From assembly GCA_964016885.1 (NCBI GenBank), contig OZ024743.1, positions 190,278,001-190,342,000 on the forward strand: DNA of 64,000 nucleotides, in the 5' to 3' direction. The DNA comes from Eledone cirrhosa. Its lineage: Eukaryota. The position numbers and the translations under genes were made by a program. This document shows, piece after piece, positions 52,132 to 64,000 of this stretch; the stretch's first letter is position 1; each line of letters starts with the position of its first letter. The notes under the pieces are model-generated. The model was not told where the DNA came from. It worked only from the letters and a program-made list of their open reading frames with translations, and did not search any database.

Positions 52132-52587
52132 CAGATGTAAAGTTTAATTAAAGAATCGCTGCTTTCACCCTTAACGGGATTTTCTGAAACTAAAAAAGTT
52201 AATCTGTGAACGCAGAAGTAAATATTTCGAAAAAAGTTACACAATATATATATATACACACACCCACTATATATACATATATATACACACACACAGCGTC
52301 ATAATGTCGTAATGCAGACAGCAGACATACAGACAGATATTATAAGGGCGCAACGTTATATATATGTATCTATCTAAAAAGAAAGACTAAGAATTATAGA
52401 GAGAGATCGCTAAATCACCTAAGGAGCACCTAGGCGATTGAAAATTTGAAATATTCTTTGCTCAAAACACTCATAGGACCATAAGAATCACATGTGTAAA
52501 GTTTGAAAACAATCGGTTGGGTGGTTTTTGAGTTTAAGGGAGTCAGACATACATACAGACAGACAGACAGACATTCTATGTTTTATA
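51904..52587 (-). mobile_element. Non-autonomous Helitron-like element
   Basis: Ends CTAG|T on - with the subterminal hairpin CCCGAGCAACGTCGGG; (ACAG)n and TTTTATAT near the other end; abuts the GIY-YIG reading frame. Confidence 0.55.
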
Positions 52588-53039
52588 TCGTTATCGAGTA
52601 TGACCATAGCACGATATACCATTATTAATAATTATTAATTTAATTCTATCGTGAGATACCCGTGCGTGAAGATGTTTTTTAAGTGAGGAAAGACTATGCA
52701 CTGAGCCAATCCCACTCTCTGATCGCCAGTAGCTATAACCGGAAAAGAAGGAAAGATCAACATCATCGGTAACTACTGAACCGCAAGTTTTATATCGGAG
52801 TTATCCCAGTTTCTTGAGTTGCCTTAGAAGAATGCCCTGGCAAAGGTAAGGGGTCCTTCAATCCCAGTGGTTTAACAGATATCCCAGTGGTTTAACGCAT
52901 ATCCAGCCCAACTATTACTATGTACCCCGAGCATATAGATACACATGCACAATACATATACATACATATGTACGTGTGTATATATACATATTTACACATT
53001 TTTGGATTGCCGTTGACTCTTATGAGTTCTGTTAGATTT

Positions 53040-53195
53040 TGTTTTTCGTCCTGCAGGGTGTCCAAAATACCTTCCGCGCCAAGTAAACTTGGTGGGGTTG
53101 TCGGTTTAGTCGCCGAAGACCCGACTACGCGACAGGTTGTACTGGGTTAAATGTTACCAGTAGCACTCAAGAGTGACCCGACATAACATACATAC
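53040..53195 (+). mobile_element. 3' end of a retroposon with a (CATA)n tail (relatives at 63550-63785 + and 44408-44475 -)
   Basis: Shared GACCCGAC..GACAGGTTGTACTGGG..ATGTTACCAGTAGCAC..GTGACC.GACATAA. Confidence 0.75.
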
Positions 53196-53203
53196 ATACG
53201 TAT

Positions 53204-53250
<47 letters not shown>

Positions 53251-53279
53251 AAACAGAAAACAAAAACAATACCGAACAG

Positions 53280-54850
53280 TACAGTACAAAGTGTTAGTAT
53301 TAGGTTCACGCTTGAGAGTGGGGGTGGGGGATGAGGTTTCGGACACAAGCCCTTCATCGGGAGAAAAGTGGGAATGAAAAGCGTTCCGAGGGTGTGACGG
53401 TGAGTGGTGGAAATACATTAAAAAGGGGGGGGGGTTAAATGGAAGGAAACAAATTAAAAAGAGAGTAAAAAAATTAAAATGAAACAAGTGGTGAAAGGGT
53501 GTGAGGCGTGTGAGGGTGGGGTGGGTGGATAGAGTGTGAGAGTGGATACGGAATCAGGGGGTCCGTACGGGGAGGGCGGCAGGTGGTGTGTGTGTATGTG
53601 TGTAGGTGTACGTGTGTGTGTGTATGTGTGGATGTGAGTGTGAGAGTTTCGGGATGAACGAGGTTCCATGTTCGGGTAATATGAAAACCAGTGTTTGCAT
53701 AAGGTGGATGGAGAGGGGTCAGCGGGGGTGGAAGAGAGGGATGTGTGGTTTCCTGAGGCCGTGTATATGTATGTGAAGATACGCACGTGTGTGTGTGTTT
53801 TGTGTGGTGTGGATACGTATGGTTGCGTGTGTGCGAAAATAGTGTAAGTGTTTGTGTGTGTGTGTGTTCCTGAATGTTTTCCCGAGGAGTGTAGGAAGAG
53901 ATGGTGGATGTCTGCAACGTATGACCAGTGATGTAGAATCCGTGGAAAGGTGCGGAGGAAGTAGAGAGTTGTGGGGTGCGCGCGCAACAGGAAGTGGTCA
54001 AGAAGGTCAAGGCAGGGTGAGCGATACGGAAGAAAGGAGACAGCAGTAGGAAGGTGACAGAGAGGCAGTGGTAGGGATGAAGTCAGTAAGGAGATTGACA
54101 GACGAACGAGTGTGAGGGATGGTCTGTATATGTGTGTGGAATGTATGTATGTGTGTGCGGAAGTGCGGTGTGTAGGGAGCTGCGGATGAGGAGGTTGCGC
54201 GCACGTTTGAAGGAGGGGAGGGTGGGGATGGGAGGATGGGGGAAGTGGAGGGGTCGGAAGAGGCGGATGATGTTGCGGTGGAGGGGTAGGGTGGAAGAGG
54301 TAGGGGGAAGAGGAGAATGTGGGTGGGGCGCAGGGGCGTGGGTGAGGGTGATGGAGTGGGGACGGCGCGGGCGCGAGTGAGGGCGGCGACAGGATGGAGG
54401 GGGGGGGGGGGGGTAACCTCTCCGGATGTAATGGCTGACAAGAGACAGGCTCTCAGTCTCGAAGTCAGCATCTCGGCTGCAGAGGTGGCGGATCCGGAGG
54501 AGTTGGAAGTAGGAAGGGAGTGTTTGGTGTGTGTAGGGTGGGAGGAGGTGAAGTCGTGGTAGGAGTGGGAGGAGGTGGGTTTGAAGAAGGCGGAGGTGAC
54601 GAGGGAGCGATGGGAGGGAGATAACCAAGAGGTGGACGTGGGTGGTGGAGATAGAGGTGGTGAAGTGGAGGGAGAGGCGGAAGGAGCAGCAGAAGGAGAG
54701 AAAGGAGTCGAGCTGTTCTCTGGTGAGGGTCCTGGCTCCGATGCAGTCGTCGATATACTGACCGTACAGTTCGGGCGTAGGGCCGGTGTATGGGGCAAAG
54801 ATTTGGGCCTCAACATGACCAACAAAATGGTTGGCATAGTTGGGACCCAT
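53280..54850 (-). mobile_element. GC-rich Penelope-like RT fragment with a degenerate hammerhead at its 3' end
   Basis: MGPNYAN.FVG, YIDDCIG, KPTSSHSY..F.SSHP; CCGATGA-agggcttgtgtcc-GAAA near 53335-53360. Confidence 0.85.
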
Positions 54851-54888
54851 TATATATATATATATATATGTATTGTGTGTGTGTGTGC

Positions 54889-54982
<94 letters not shown>

Positions 54983-56269
54983 ACACATATATACACACAG
55001 TGCAATTTCTAACTCGGTTATGTTTCTATTTCCAATATCAAGTCCCTGGATTCTATCCATACATGTTTGTCCCTGTAAACAGTTATTTATCTGAAGTCAG
55101 ATTAGAATTAATCCTACCTGGCATTTGCACATACATGCAGAATGGTATGTTATTATATCATAAGAAATAAATTATTAAAATATCATCTTAAAACATTTCC
55201 ATATTTTCGTTGTAAATATGGACTATATGGTTTCTTTCACGAAAACCATTAATTTATCAAAGCACATATTTCTCTGTTTGTATCATTGTTCATATTTCCG
55301 GTAAATCTGGATACATGGCATATCAAATCTAGATACCGAAAATTAGACCCGTTCAACGCTCTACCCGTCATTATTGATAGCACTTGTCCACTTGAAATAA
55401 AATATTTTCCTAATGTATGATTTCCACTACTCAAAATAAAATTAGTAATTTAGCCGAACATCTCTTACATAGAGGATCTCTTTCTCCGTCTCCATTATAT
55501 TAAATTGGATCTTTCCTTTTAGATAAGCCATTGTGCCTAGTAATGACTACTCATTGTGTTCTTCTCCACCCAAACTCTATTAACTCTGCTCTAGTCGAAA
55601 ATTGTCTTTTATATATTGACTAGTTTGTAGTTATTATGACTAACCAGCAAACTCCCTTGCCAATTACTATGATTTTCCCCTTAATTTTCTACAGACAGCT
55701 GACTTTCCCAAACGAAGTCAATGTAGTCAAACATATGTTACATATGCACTGCCTACCTGAAGAACTTTAAATACACCCTACAGTAAAAACAAAATAACAC
55801 TGCCTGATTCAACAGTGCAAATACAAAATTGCTATAGATATCAGGGAGAAAGTATTTCACTGCATCCCCCTAAAATATAAACAATATATATCTAAATCCC
55901 TCATACCCTCAATAAATGACATACATTAAAATATCTGCTAATATTTCATAATAACCGCACATATATCTCATAATTGATGCGAATTTACATGGAATTCCGC
56001 TACAATACAGATCCTGCCAGCATAAAAAATAATTTAATGAATAACATTTCCCAGAAGAGATTGATGAACAGGGGGAGATAATTCAACAGCAATAATTCAG
56101 GCTCAAAGATTTTATCAAAGGGATTACTAAATAGGCTTGACTATAAAATATTACATTAATGATGGTCTTGATTGGTGTTCAGTTGTCCTGTGCGGCCTAA
56201 GCTATTTAGCATAATTGAACTTTCGCTTTGTCACTATGAAAGAATAATCCTATCGGCACCATCACTGTG

Positions 56270-56560
56270 AAATCACAATGTGAATATCAACTATTACCAT
56301 CGCTATCAAAAGCACCACTACAATCGCAAACACCAGTGGTATCATTTTCATCACTCACGCCGCAATCATTAGCACCTTGATTGTCGACATCACCATCGCT
56401 GTTGTCGATGATGTCTCACGGATAATGATGAAGATCATCATCATCATCAATAGCAAAATCATCGTAATCATGATCCCAACCATCACGACCATCGACATCA
56501 TCATCTTCATCATCATTACTGGAAACAATACAGTTTCCACGATCATTAGAATCTTCATGA
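56270..56560. repeat. Degenerate (ATC/ACC)n low-complexity tract
   Basis: Triplet periodicity read directly. Confidence 0.75.
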
Positions 56561-57083
56561 ATCCATCGATATTATCTGCTTATTATTATCAAGATAACCG
56601 TAAACACAAACAATGGTACTAATAAGAACAACCATACAAAAAAAAAGAAAGAAAAAGAAACAAGAACAAATAAGACTTCGTCTAGAACATTGCAGTACCT
56701 TTTAGAAATAACAGCCAAATCTGTCGCAGTATCAACAACTACCATTTTAACAAAAGAGCCACATAGAAAGCTTTTATCCCTGATTAATTAGTAAACAGAA
56801 ATGCTACACCATAAACAGTATCGCAGGGTCAAAATCCTTGATCGTATGAATGCTCAGGAATTGTTGTAGTTCAACAATTGTAGGTTCTCTGTCTTGTTGA
56901 CTGGTGTTATGCTGGTGTTTCGTTACTTACATTTGTGGGTGGTTTGGGTAGCCCTAGTATTGCAGTGTGTGAGAAAATTATACAGAATTTCTTCACCTAA
57001 TGAGATTTCGAATCTTGCATTCACATCTTTCAATACATGTTTACTTCATGTATATATACATACATATATATATACACACACAA

Positions 57084-57144
<61 letters not shown>

Positions 57145-57303
57145 TAGATAGATAAATATACACGGGTGTGTATGATTGTGTATAGAAGATTATATTAATA
57201 AGAGGAATTCCAACTTTGTCTGATTTACTCGTTTTATTTACAATCCTTTAAAATGGTATTATAATGAAATAGTATGATAGAATATTAAATTCTAAGTGTT
57301 AAT

Positions 57304-57342
57304 TGAACAAGTACTTTCATGCTTTCGCAATCTTCAGGTTCA
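57304..57342 (-). ncRNA. Minimal type I hammerhead ribozyme (inverted arm copy)
   Basis: Exact reverse complement of 60684-60722. Confidence 0.85.
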
Positions 57343-60300
57343 TAATATGTGGTGACAGTAAAGTTTGCAATTTTCAACTGTAATAAGATGGGTAAATTTT
57401 CTACCTTTTATACATTTTATACAGGGAAAAGTGGCTCCAGATTCCTAAGTCTTGCAAACTATATTTCGACCAATCAGTGTGTTGTTTCACTGAATTACTA
57501 AAGCTGATTGGTTTAAGCGTCACGGCTGGTTGAGCATGTCTAACGACCAATAATTAATCATATCCAAAGCATCAATTGTTTTGCTATTTTTAGAAATGAT
57601 GAAAATAGCATTTTCTATTAATCATCACCATCAACATCACTTTTATTATTATTATTATTATTGTTGTTGTTGTTGTTGTTGTTGTTAGTGGTCGTAGTCA
57701 TAGTGATAGTAGAAGTAATACACCTAAGCGTTATTATTGTTCATTTAGCTTGGGTTTGAATTTATCAATAAAATTCTTTTCTTTGATTTTTCTCTTGATT
57801 TCACTTGGGCTGTGTAATTTGTAGAATGGGAATATTATAAATATTCCCTGACCACATGTTGCTAGATGGTTACTTAGGGGTATCTGACGGACATTTGGGT
57901 CTCTGATTTGTTGACGGTGTACCCGTGCCCGTTCCGATAGTGCATTTCCACTTAGTTTGACCGACATATAGTTCTTCACAATTGGGGCATTTAATGCAGT
58001 AAATTAGATTTCTGCTTTTGCAGTTCATATTTGCATTTGAGAATATTTTTCCAGTTTTTGTTTTCATATATTGACCGGCGTGTATGGATTGACATATGCC
58101 GCATCGACTATCATTGCATTTAGATACAGTGAATGATTGGTCTTTGTTGTTAAGGTCAAACTTTGCTTTTGTTAGTAATTGCTTCAAATTGTTTGGCTGT
58201 CTTTTACTAAGAGTCAAAGATCGATCTGTGATTAAGCCTTTTAATTCATTACTTTGAGCAATGATCGGTAGGTTTGCTTTGGCAGTGTTGAAGAGATTCT
58301 GGTGACATGGGTTGTGTGTCATCATAAATGGTATGACCAGTTCTTGGTTTCTTCTTCCTTGGGTTGTCCTAAGTTGTTGTATAGGTATTTTTATAGCCCT
58401 CTGTATGCCATTTTCTATAAGTAGATATGGGTATTTTTGTTTGAGCAAAAATTCTCTTAGTTCTGTTAGGCGTTTGTACCTGGTATTCGTATCTTCTACA
58501 ATGGTACACATTCTTCTGGCTAGGCAGTATGGGATGTTGCGCTTTGTATGAGGTGGATGGCACGACTTAAAATTCAGATATTGATGGGTGTCTGTGTGTT
58601 TATAATATATATCCGTGGTAATGGTGCTGTCGTCTTTGATTATATCTAGGAATGGTAAGTCAAAAGAATGGTAAGTAGTAAAAATAAATACAACTGCAGT
58701 AAGAGAACAAAACAGTGAGTACATTAAATTATTACACCCAAAAGACTTAAAACTTAGACCTATTATAGTTGGTCCAACATGCCCCACCCACGTCTAAGCA
58801 ATTTTGTTGACATTATTTTGAAACCACTATGTATTCACATACCCAGTTTCATCCGGGATGATATAGACCTCCTGTCCCATCTTCCCCAAAACCACGGAAA
58901 CGAATTCACTTCTACTCAGTTTTGATGTGGTAAGCCTTTACACCAACATTACACATGATTTAGGAATAAAGGCGGTTAAATACTGGGTGGAAAAACATAG
59001 AGAAGTGATTACCATCAGATTCACAGCGCCATTTATATTAGACGCAGTTAAACTTATTCTGGAAAACAACACTTTCTTCTTCAATGGAAAGAATTACATC
59101 CAAATTAGAGGCACAGCGATAGGAACGAATTTTGCTCCCGTTTACGCGAACTCTGTAATGGCATACTAAGAACAACAACTCTACCAAGAAATAGAGGAAA
59201 AATATAGTACTGACTTTAGAAAGTACATTGAAAAATCTTGGAAGAGATACCTTGACGACTGTTTCATCATCTGGACAGAATCTCTAGATACTCTGGATGA
59301 GTTCAATATCCTCCTGAATAACCTACACCCATCTCTCCAATTCACAAAAGAGATGAGTAGGACCGAATTACCATTCCTAGATATAATGATAATCAAAAAC
59401 GACTACCACCATTACCACGGATATATATTATAAACACACAGACACCCATCAATATCTGAATTTTAAGTCGTGCCATCCACCTCATACAAAACGCAACATC
59501 CCATACTGCCTAGCCAGAAGAATGTGTACCATTGTAGAAGATACGAATACCAGGTACAAACGCCTAACAGAACTAAGAGAATTTTTGCTCAAACAAAAAT
59601 ACCCATATCTATAGAAAATGGCATACAGAGGGCTATAAAAATACCTATACAACAACTTAGGACAACCCAAGGAAGAAGAAACCAAGAACTGGTCATACCA
59701 TTTATAATGACACACAACCCATGTCACCAGAATATCTTCAACACTGCCAAAGCAAACTTACCGATCATTGTTCAAAGTAATGAATTAAAAGGCTTAATCA
59801 CAGATCGATCTTTGACTCTTAGTAAAAGACATCCAAAAAATGTGAAGCAATTACTAACAAAAGCAAAGTTTGACCTTAACAACAAAGACCAATCATTCAC
59901 TGTATCTAAATGCAATGATAGTCGATGCGGCACATGTCAATCCATACACGCCGGTCAATATATGGAAACAAAAACTGGAAAAATATTCCCAAATGCAAAT
60001 ATGAACTGCAAAAGCAGAAATCTAATTTACTGCATTAAATGCCCGAATTGTGAAGAACTATATGTCGGTCAAACTGGAAATGTACTATCGAACGTGCACG
60101 GGTACACCGTCAACAAATCAGAGACCCAAATGTCCGTCAGATACCCCTAAGTAACCATCTGGCAACATGTGGTCAGGGAATATTTATAATATTCCCATTC
60201 TACAAATTACACAGCCCAAGTGAAATCAAGAGAAAAATCAAAGAAAAAAATGTTATTGATAAATTCAAAACCAAGCTAAATGAACAATAATAACGCTTAG

Positions 60301-60683
60301 GGGTATTACTTCTACTATCACTATGACTACGACCACTAACAACAACAACAACAACAACAACAACAATAATAATAATAATAATAAAAGTGATGTTGATGGT
60401 GATGATTAATAGAAAATGCTATTTTCATCATTTCTAAAAATAGCAAAACAATTGATGCTTTGGATATGATTAATTATTGGTCGTTAGACATGCTAAACCA
60501 GCCGTGACGCTTAAACCAATCAACTTTAGTAATTCAGTGAAACTACACACTGATTTGTCGAAATACAGTTTGCAAGACTTAGGATCTGGAGCCACTTTTC
60601 CCTGTATAAAATGTATAAAAGGTAGAACATTTACCCATCTTATTACAGTTGAAAATTGCAAACTTGACTATCACCACATATTA

Positions 60684-60722
60684 TGAACCTGAAGATTGCG
60701 AAAGCATGAAAGTACTTGTTCA
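60684..60722 (+). ncRNA. Minimal type I hammerhead ribozyme in the Penelope 3' region
   Basis: tgaac-CTGAAGA-ttgc(gaaa)gcat-GAAA-gtac-TT-gttca; palindromic stem III AAGTACTT. Confidence 0.85.
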
Positions 60723-60837
60723 ATTAACACTTAGAATGTAATATTCTATCATACTATTTCATTATAATAGCATTATAAATTTTAAAGGATTGTAAATAAA
60801 ACGAGTAAATCAGACAAAGTTGGAATTCCTCTTATTA

Positions 60838-60970
<133 letters not shown>

Positions 60971-60980
60971 AATGAAGTAA

Positions 60981-61020
<40 letters not shown>

Positions 61021-61025
<5 letters not shown>

Positions 61026-61541
61026 TAAATCATGTCCCTAGAATTATTAGATAAAATATATACAATTCCTCTCCCAATTAGCATAATCAACCATATAAAA
61101 ACAATCAATTAGACCAGGCTATAAGAATAAAGGCTCCTATGAAGAAATATTTGATAAATAAACGAAAGCAGCCTCTTCGCGGTTGACCACAATAGAGTAT
61201 TTACCCAACATTTAATAGGATATCTCAAAATACGAACGAAACCATGGTAGGTATATAATTACGGTATGTACACGTTTCATCAAACTTTAAATTTATACCT
61301 AAGTGTGTATGGTTGACGATATATTTGGTCAGTTTCTACATGCTGTTGAAATGTTGGGTAAATACTCTATTGTAGTCAACCGCGAAGAGGCTGCTTTCGG
61401 TTATTTATCAAATATTTCTTCACAGGAGCCTTTATTCTTATAGCCTGGTCTAATTGATTTTTTATATGGTTAATTATTCTAATTGGGAGAGGAAATTGTA
61501 TATATTTTATCTAATAATTCTAGGGATATGATTTATGATAT
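61021..61541. repeat. Inverted repeat, arms about 190 bp, spacer about 135 bp
   Basis: 61021-61213 is the reverse complement of 61349-61541. Confidence 0.9.
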
Positions 61542-61615
61542 ATTGCTCTGATTATTTAATTTATTAATTCTTCATTGAGCCACATCGTGAACGGTTGCCA
61601 CATATAAATCTGTGG

Positions 61616-61684
<69 letters not shown>

Positions 61685-62938
61685 CATATATGTATATCAA
61701 ATGTAAGTGTACAATCCAATCAAGACAGAGAGATTAGAGATTAGTTATGATAGTTGTAAGCCAGTACCGAAGAGGGCAGTGTGCTCAATGTGTATTAAAT
61801 GCAAGATAAGCGTACAGGGAAAGCAAACAAGGGAAATATAAGTCAGGCAAAAAGTATATAGGCAGAGCGTTAACATAAAAATTATAGTTGGAGAATAAAC
61901 AACCAAATTCTTGAAAAGATATTTTTTAAAGAATTTGGTTGTATATCCTCCCACTATAGTTTATATATATATATATATAACAGTGATGGTTTTCCGGAGT
62001 TATTAATATTGATTCAAAATATTAACAAAAATAGACATTCGTGTGATCAAGTATATTTTATACGCCATAACATATACAATAAATTGTATATGTTATGGCG
62101 TATACTTTTTTATATATTCTGGTACATATGGTTTGGTTATGTGTATACGGGAGTTTTGCGTCTGTGTGAGTATGCAGGTTCGTACGTATGTTGGGTGTGT
62201 GTATATGTGTACTTCATGTTTCGGTTGACTTATGTCTCCGAACATTTGTGTAGGTATGTGTGTGCGCTTGTTATATACGTATTTATTTATTTAATTACGT
62301 TTATTTAATTATTTATTTATTTGTATACACGCACACACACACACACATATTTATATGTGCGTGGTTTTGTATACCTATGGCAAGTGTTTTCGCGTATGCT
62401 TGTGTATGTACGTATTTGCATGCGTGTATGTATTTATTTAATTTCTATTACCTGTGTATTGTATTTTATTTACTTTATTCTTAACTCTGAAGCGGAGATT
62501 CATTCGGTTTCCTAGTTAGAATTTTATTCTGCGACTTCTGCTATACCATTTACGTGGTTTTGTCTTTGCGTGCAATTGTTCTCCACGCTCAACATACGAC
62601 GTATTATCTTCGTTTTTTCCGTTCATTGCCAGAGAACCTCTCTATGAACCACCTAAGAGAACATTAGTCTACGACTTCTTTTATACCATAAAAGTTGTTC
62701 TGTCTTTGCGCGTAATTGTTTTTCACCGCTCCTATTAATGACGTATTATATTCGTTTTTTCCCGTTCTTTGCCAGGGAACGTTTCCACGAACCAAAGTAT
62801 CGTCTTCCTGTCTTCCTCCGGTTGCAACGTTTTTTGAAATGTCCACTTCTGCGTTTACAGATTGACTTTGTTAGTTTTAGAAGATCCCGTTAAGGCTGAA
62901 AGCCACGATTCTTGCTTAAACTTTAATCTGTTATTTTA

Positions 62939-63004
<66 letters not shown>

Positions 63005-63099
63005 GCATACATATATATATACACATACATACATACATATATATCTATATATCTATATCTATCTATCTATATATATATATATATATATATATATGGTGG

Positions 63100-63785
63100 C
63101 TGCCAACTCGTTTTCGAGTACGGCCAATACTTTATATCCATGTAGGAGAAACCTTACCGATGCGCTGAACGAGTGTGAATTTTAGTCCAGCCAGCGACTT
63201 GAAAACTCTGGTAAAAACATTACACTTGTAACAATTATTGACACATAGTGCTGGGCCCATGGTACCATGTGACGACAAGTGCAGAGAGATCTCCAGATAT
63301 AAAGCAATGCCTGTGCCGTGAAGCTTTTATAGTGAGCAAAGGCAGTGCACAAAGCCAGTCCCACTCTCTTAACCAAGATGATATTTACCAAAAAGAAGAA
63401 CAAGTCAACATCATTGGATACCATCAGGGTTGCAGGTGTTATATCAGAGTTTTCCTTCTCCTAGAATTCTGCCTTGACAAAGGCTAAGGGGTCATCTCTC
63501 CCGGTGATTTTGGATGGCCATTGACTCTTAAGAGCTCCTTTGCCCTTTGACAGGTTTTGATTTTAGTCCTGCAGGATGTCCAAAGTCACCCTCCTCGCAA
63601 AGAAACCTTCGTGGAGTTGCCAGTTTAGTTGTCAACGACCCGACCACGAGACAGGTTGTACTGGGATACATGTTACCAGTAGCACCAACTGGTGACCTGA
63701 CATAATACATACATACATACATACATACATACATACATACATACATACATACATACATACATACATACATACATACATACATACT
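63100..63785 (+). mobile_element. Truncated retroposon 3' end with a long (CATA)n tail
   Basis: Homologous to 53040-53195; (CATA)n at 63705-63785. Confidence 0.65.
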
Positions 63786-64000
63786 TATGTATTTACACTT
63801 TAATTTATATTTTTTATTATCGTTTGTCTACCCTGCCTTTCATAGGTTATAGATTCCATACACTGGTGGTTTTCCCCTGTTTTATTGATGGCGCACTATC
63901 TCTCTCTAGTGTGTTACCTTTTCAACATATTGTATTTTAAAGAGCTCAGGATTCCTTCTCCTTTAAAGATATATATATATATATCACGATAAATTAACGG

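Noticed and set aside
56355-56622. Poly-Met and poly-Ile ORFs
   Set aside because: Products of a degenerate (ATC)n tract
61260-61345. CTGACCA...GAAACGTGTA on - in the inverted-repeat spacer as a hammerhead
   Set aside because: Core mismatch and no credible stem I or stem II pairing

Overview
Repeat-dense, AT-rich eukaryotic DNA with no supportable host exon. The (TA)n/(CA)n load, Nin-domain tRNA-type SINEs and the LINE/Penelope mix suggest an octopus-like cephalopod (inference). 3.2-28.2 kb is a nested retrotransposon hotspot built on (ATT/TAA)n tracts. Two copies of an L1/Tx1-clade LINE (+ strand) bracket seven R4/Dong-clade RLE retrotransposon segments (all - strand). These include one near-full-length copy, a second family, and a 1692-bp-period array of deleted copies. 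The near-intact Tx1 ORF2 is broken only by a TGA at a conserved Trp of the APE endonuclease. The same TGA occurs in the second copy, which differs mostly at synonymous sites nearby, so this is a candidate recoding site. 28-64 kb holds RTE and Tc1/mariner relics, a third Tx1 subfamily, SINEs, a Helitron-like element and many Penelope-like fragments with inverted repeats. The Penelope fragments carry several minimal hammerhead ribozyme motifs, some with recurrent non-canonical cores.
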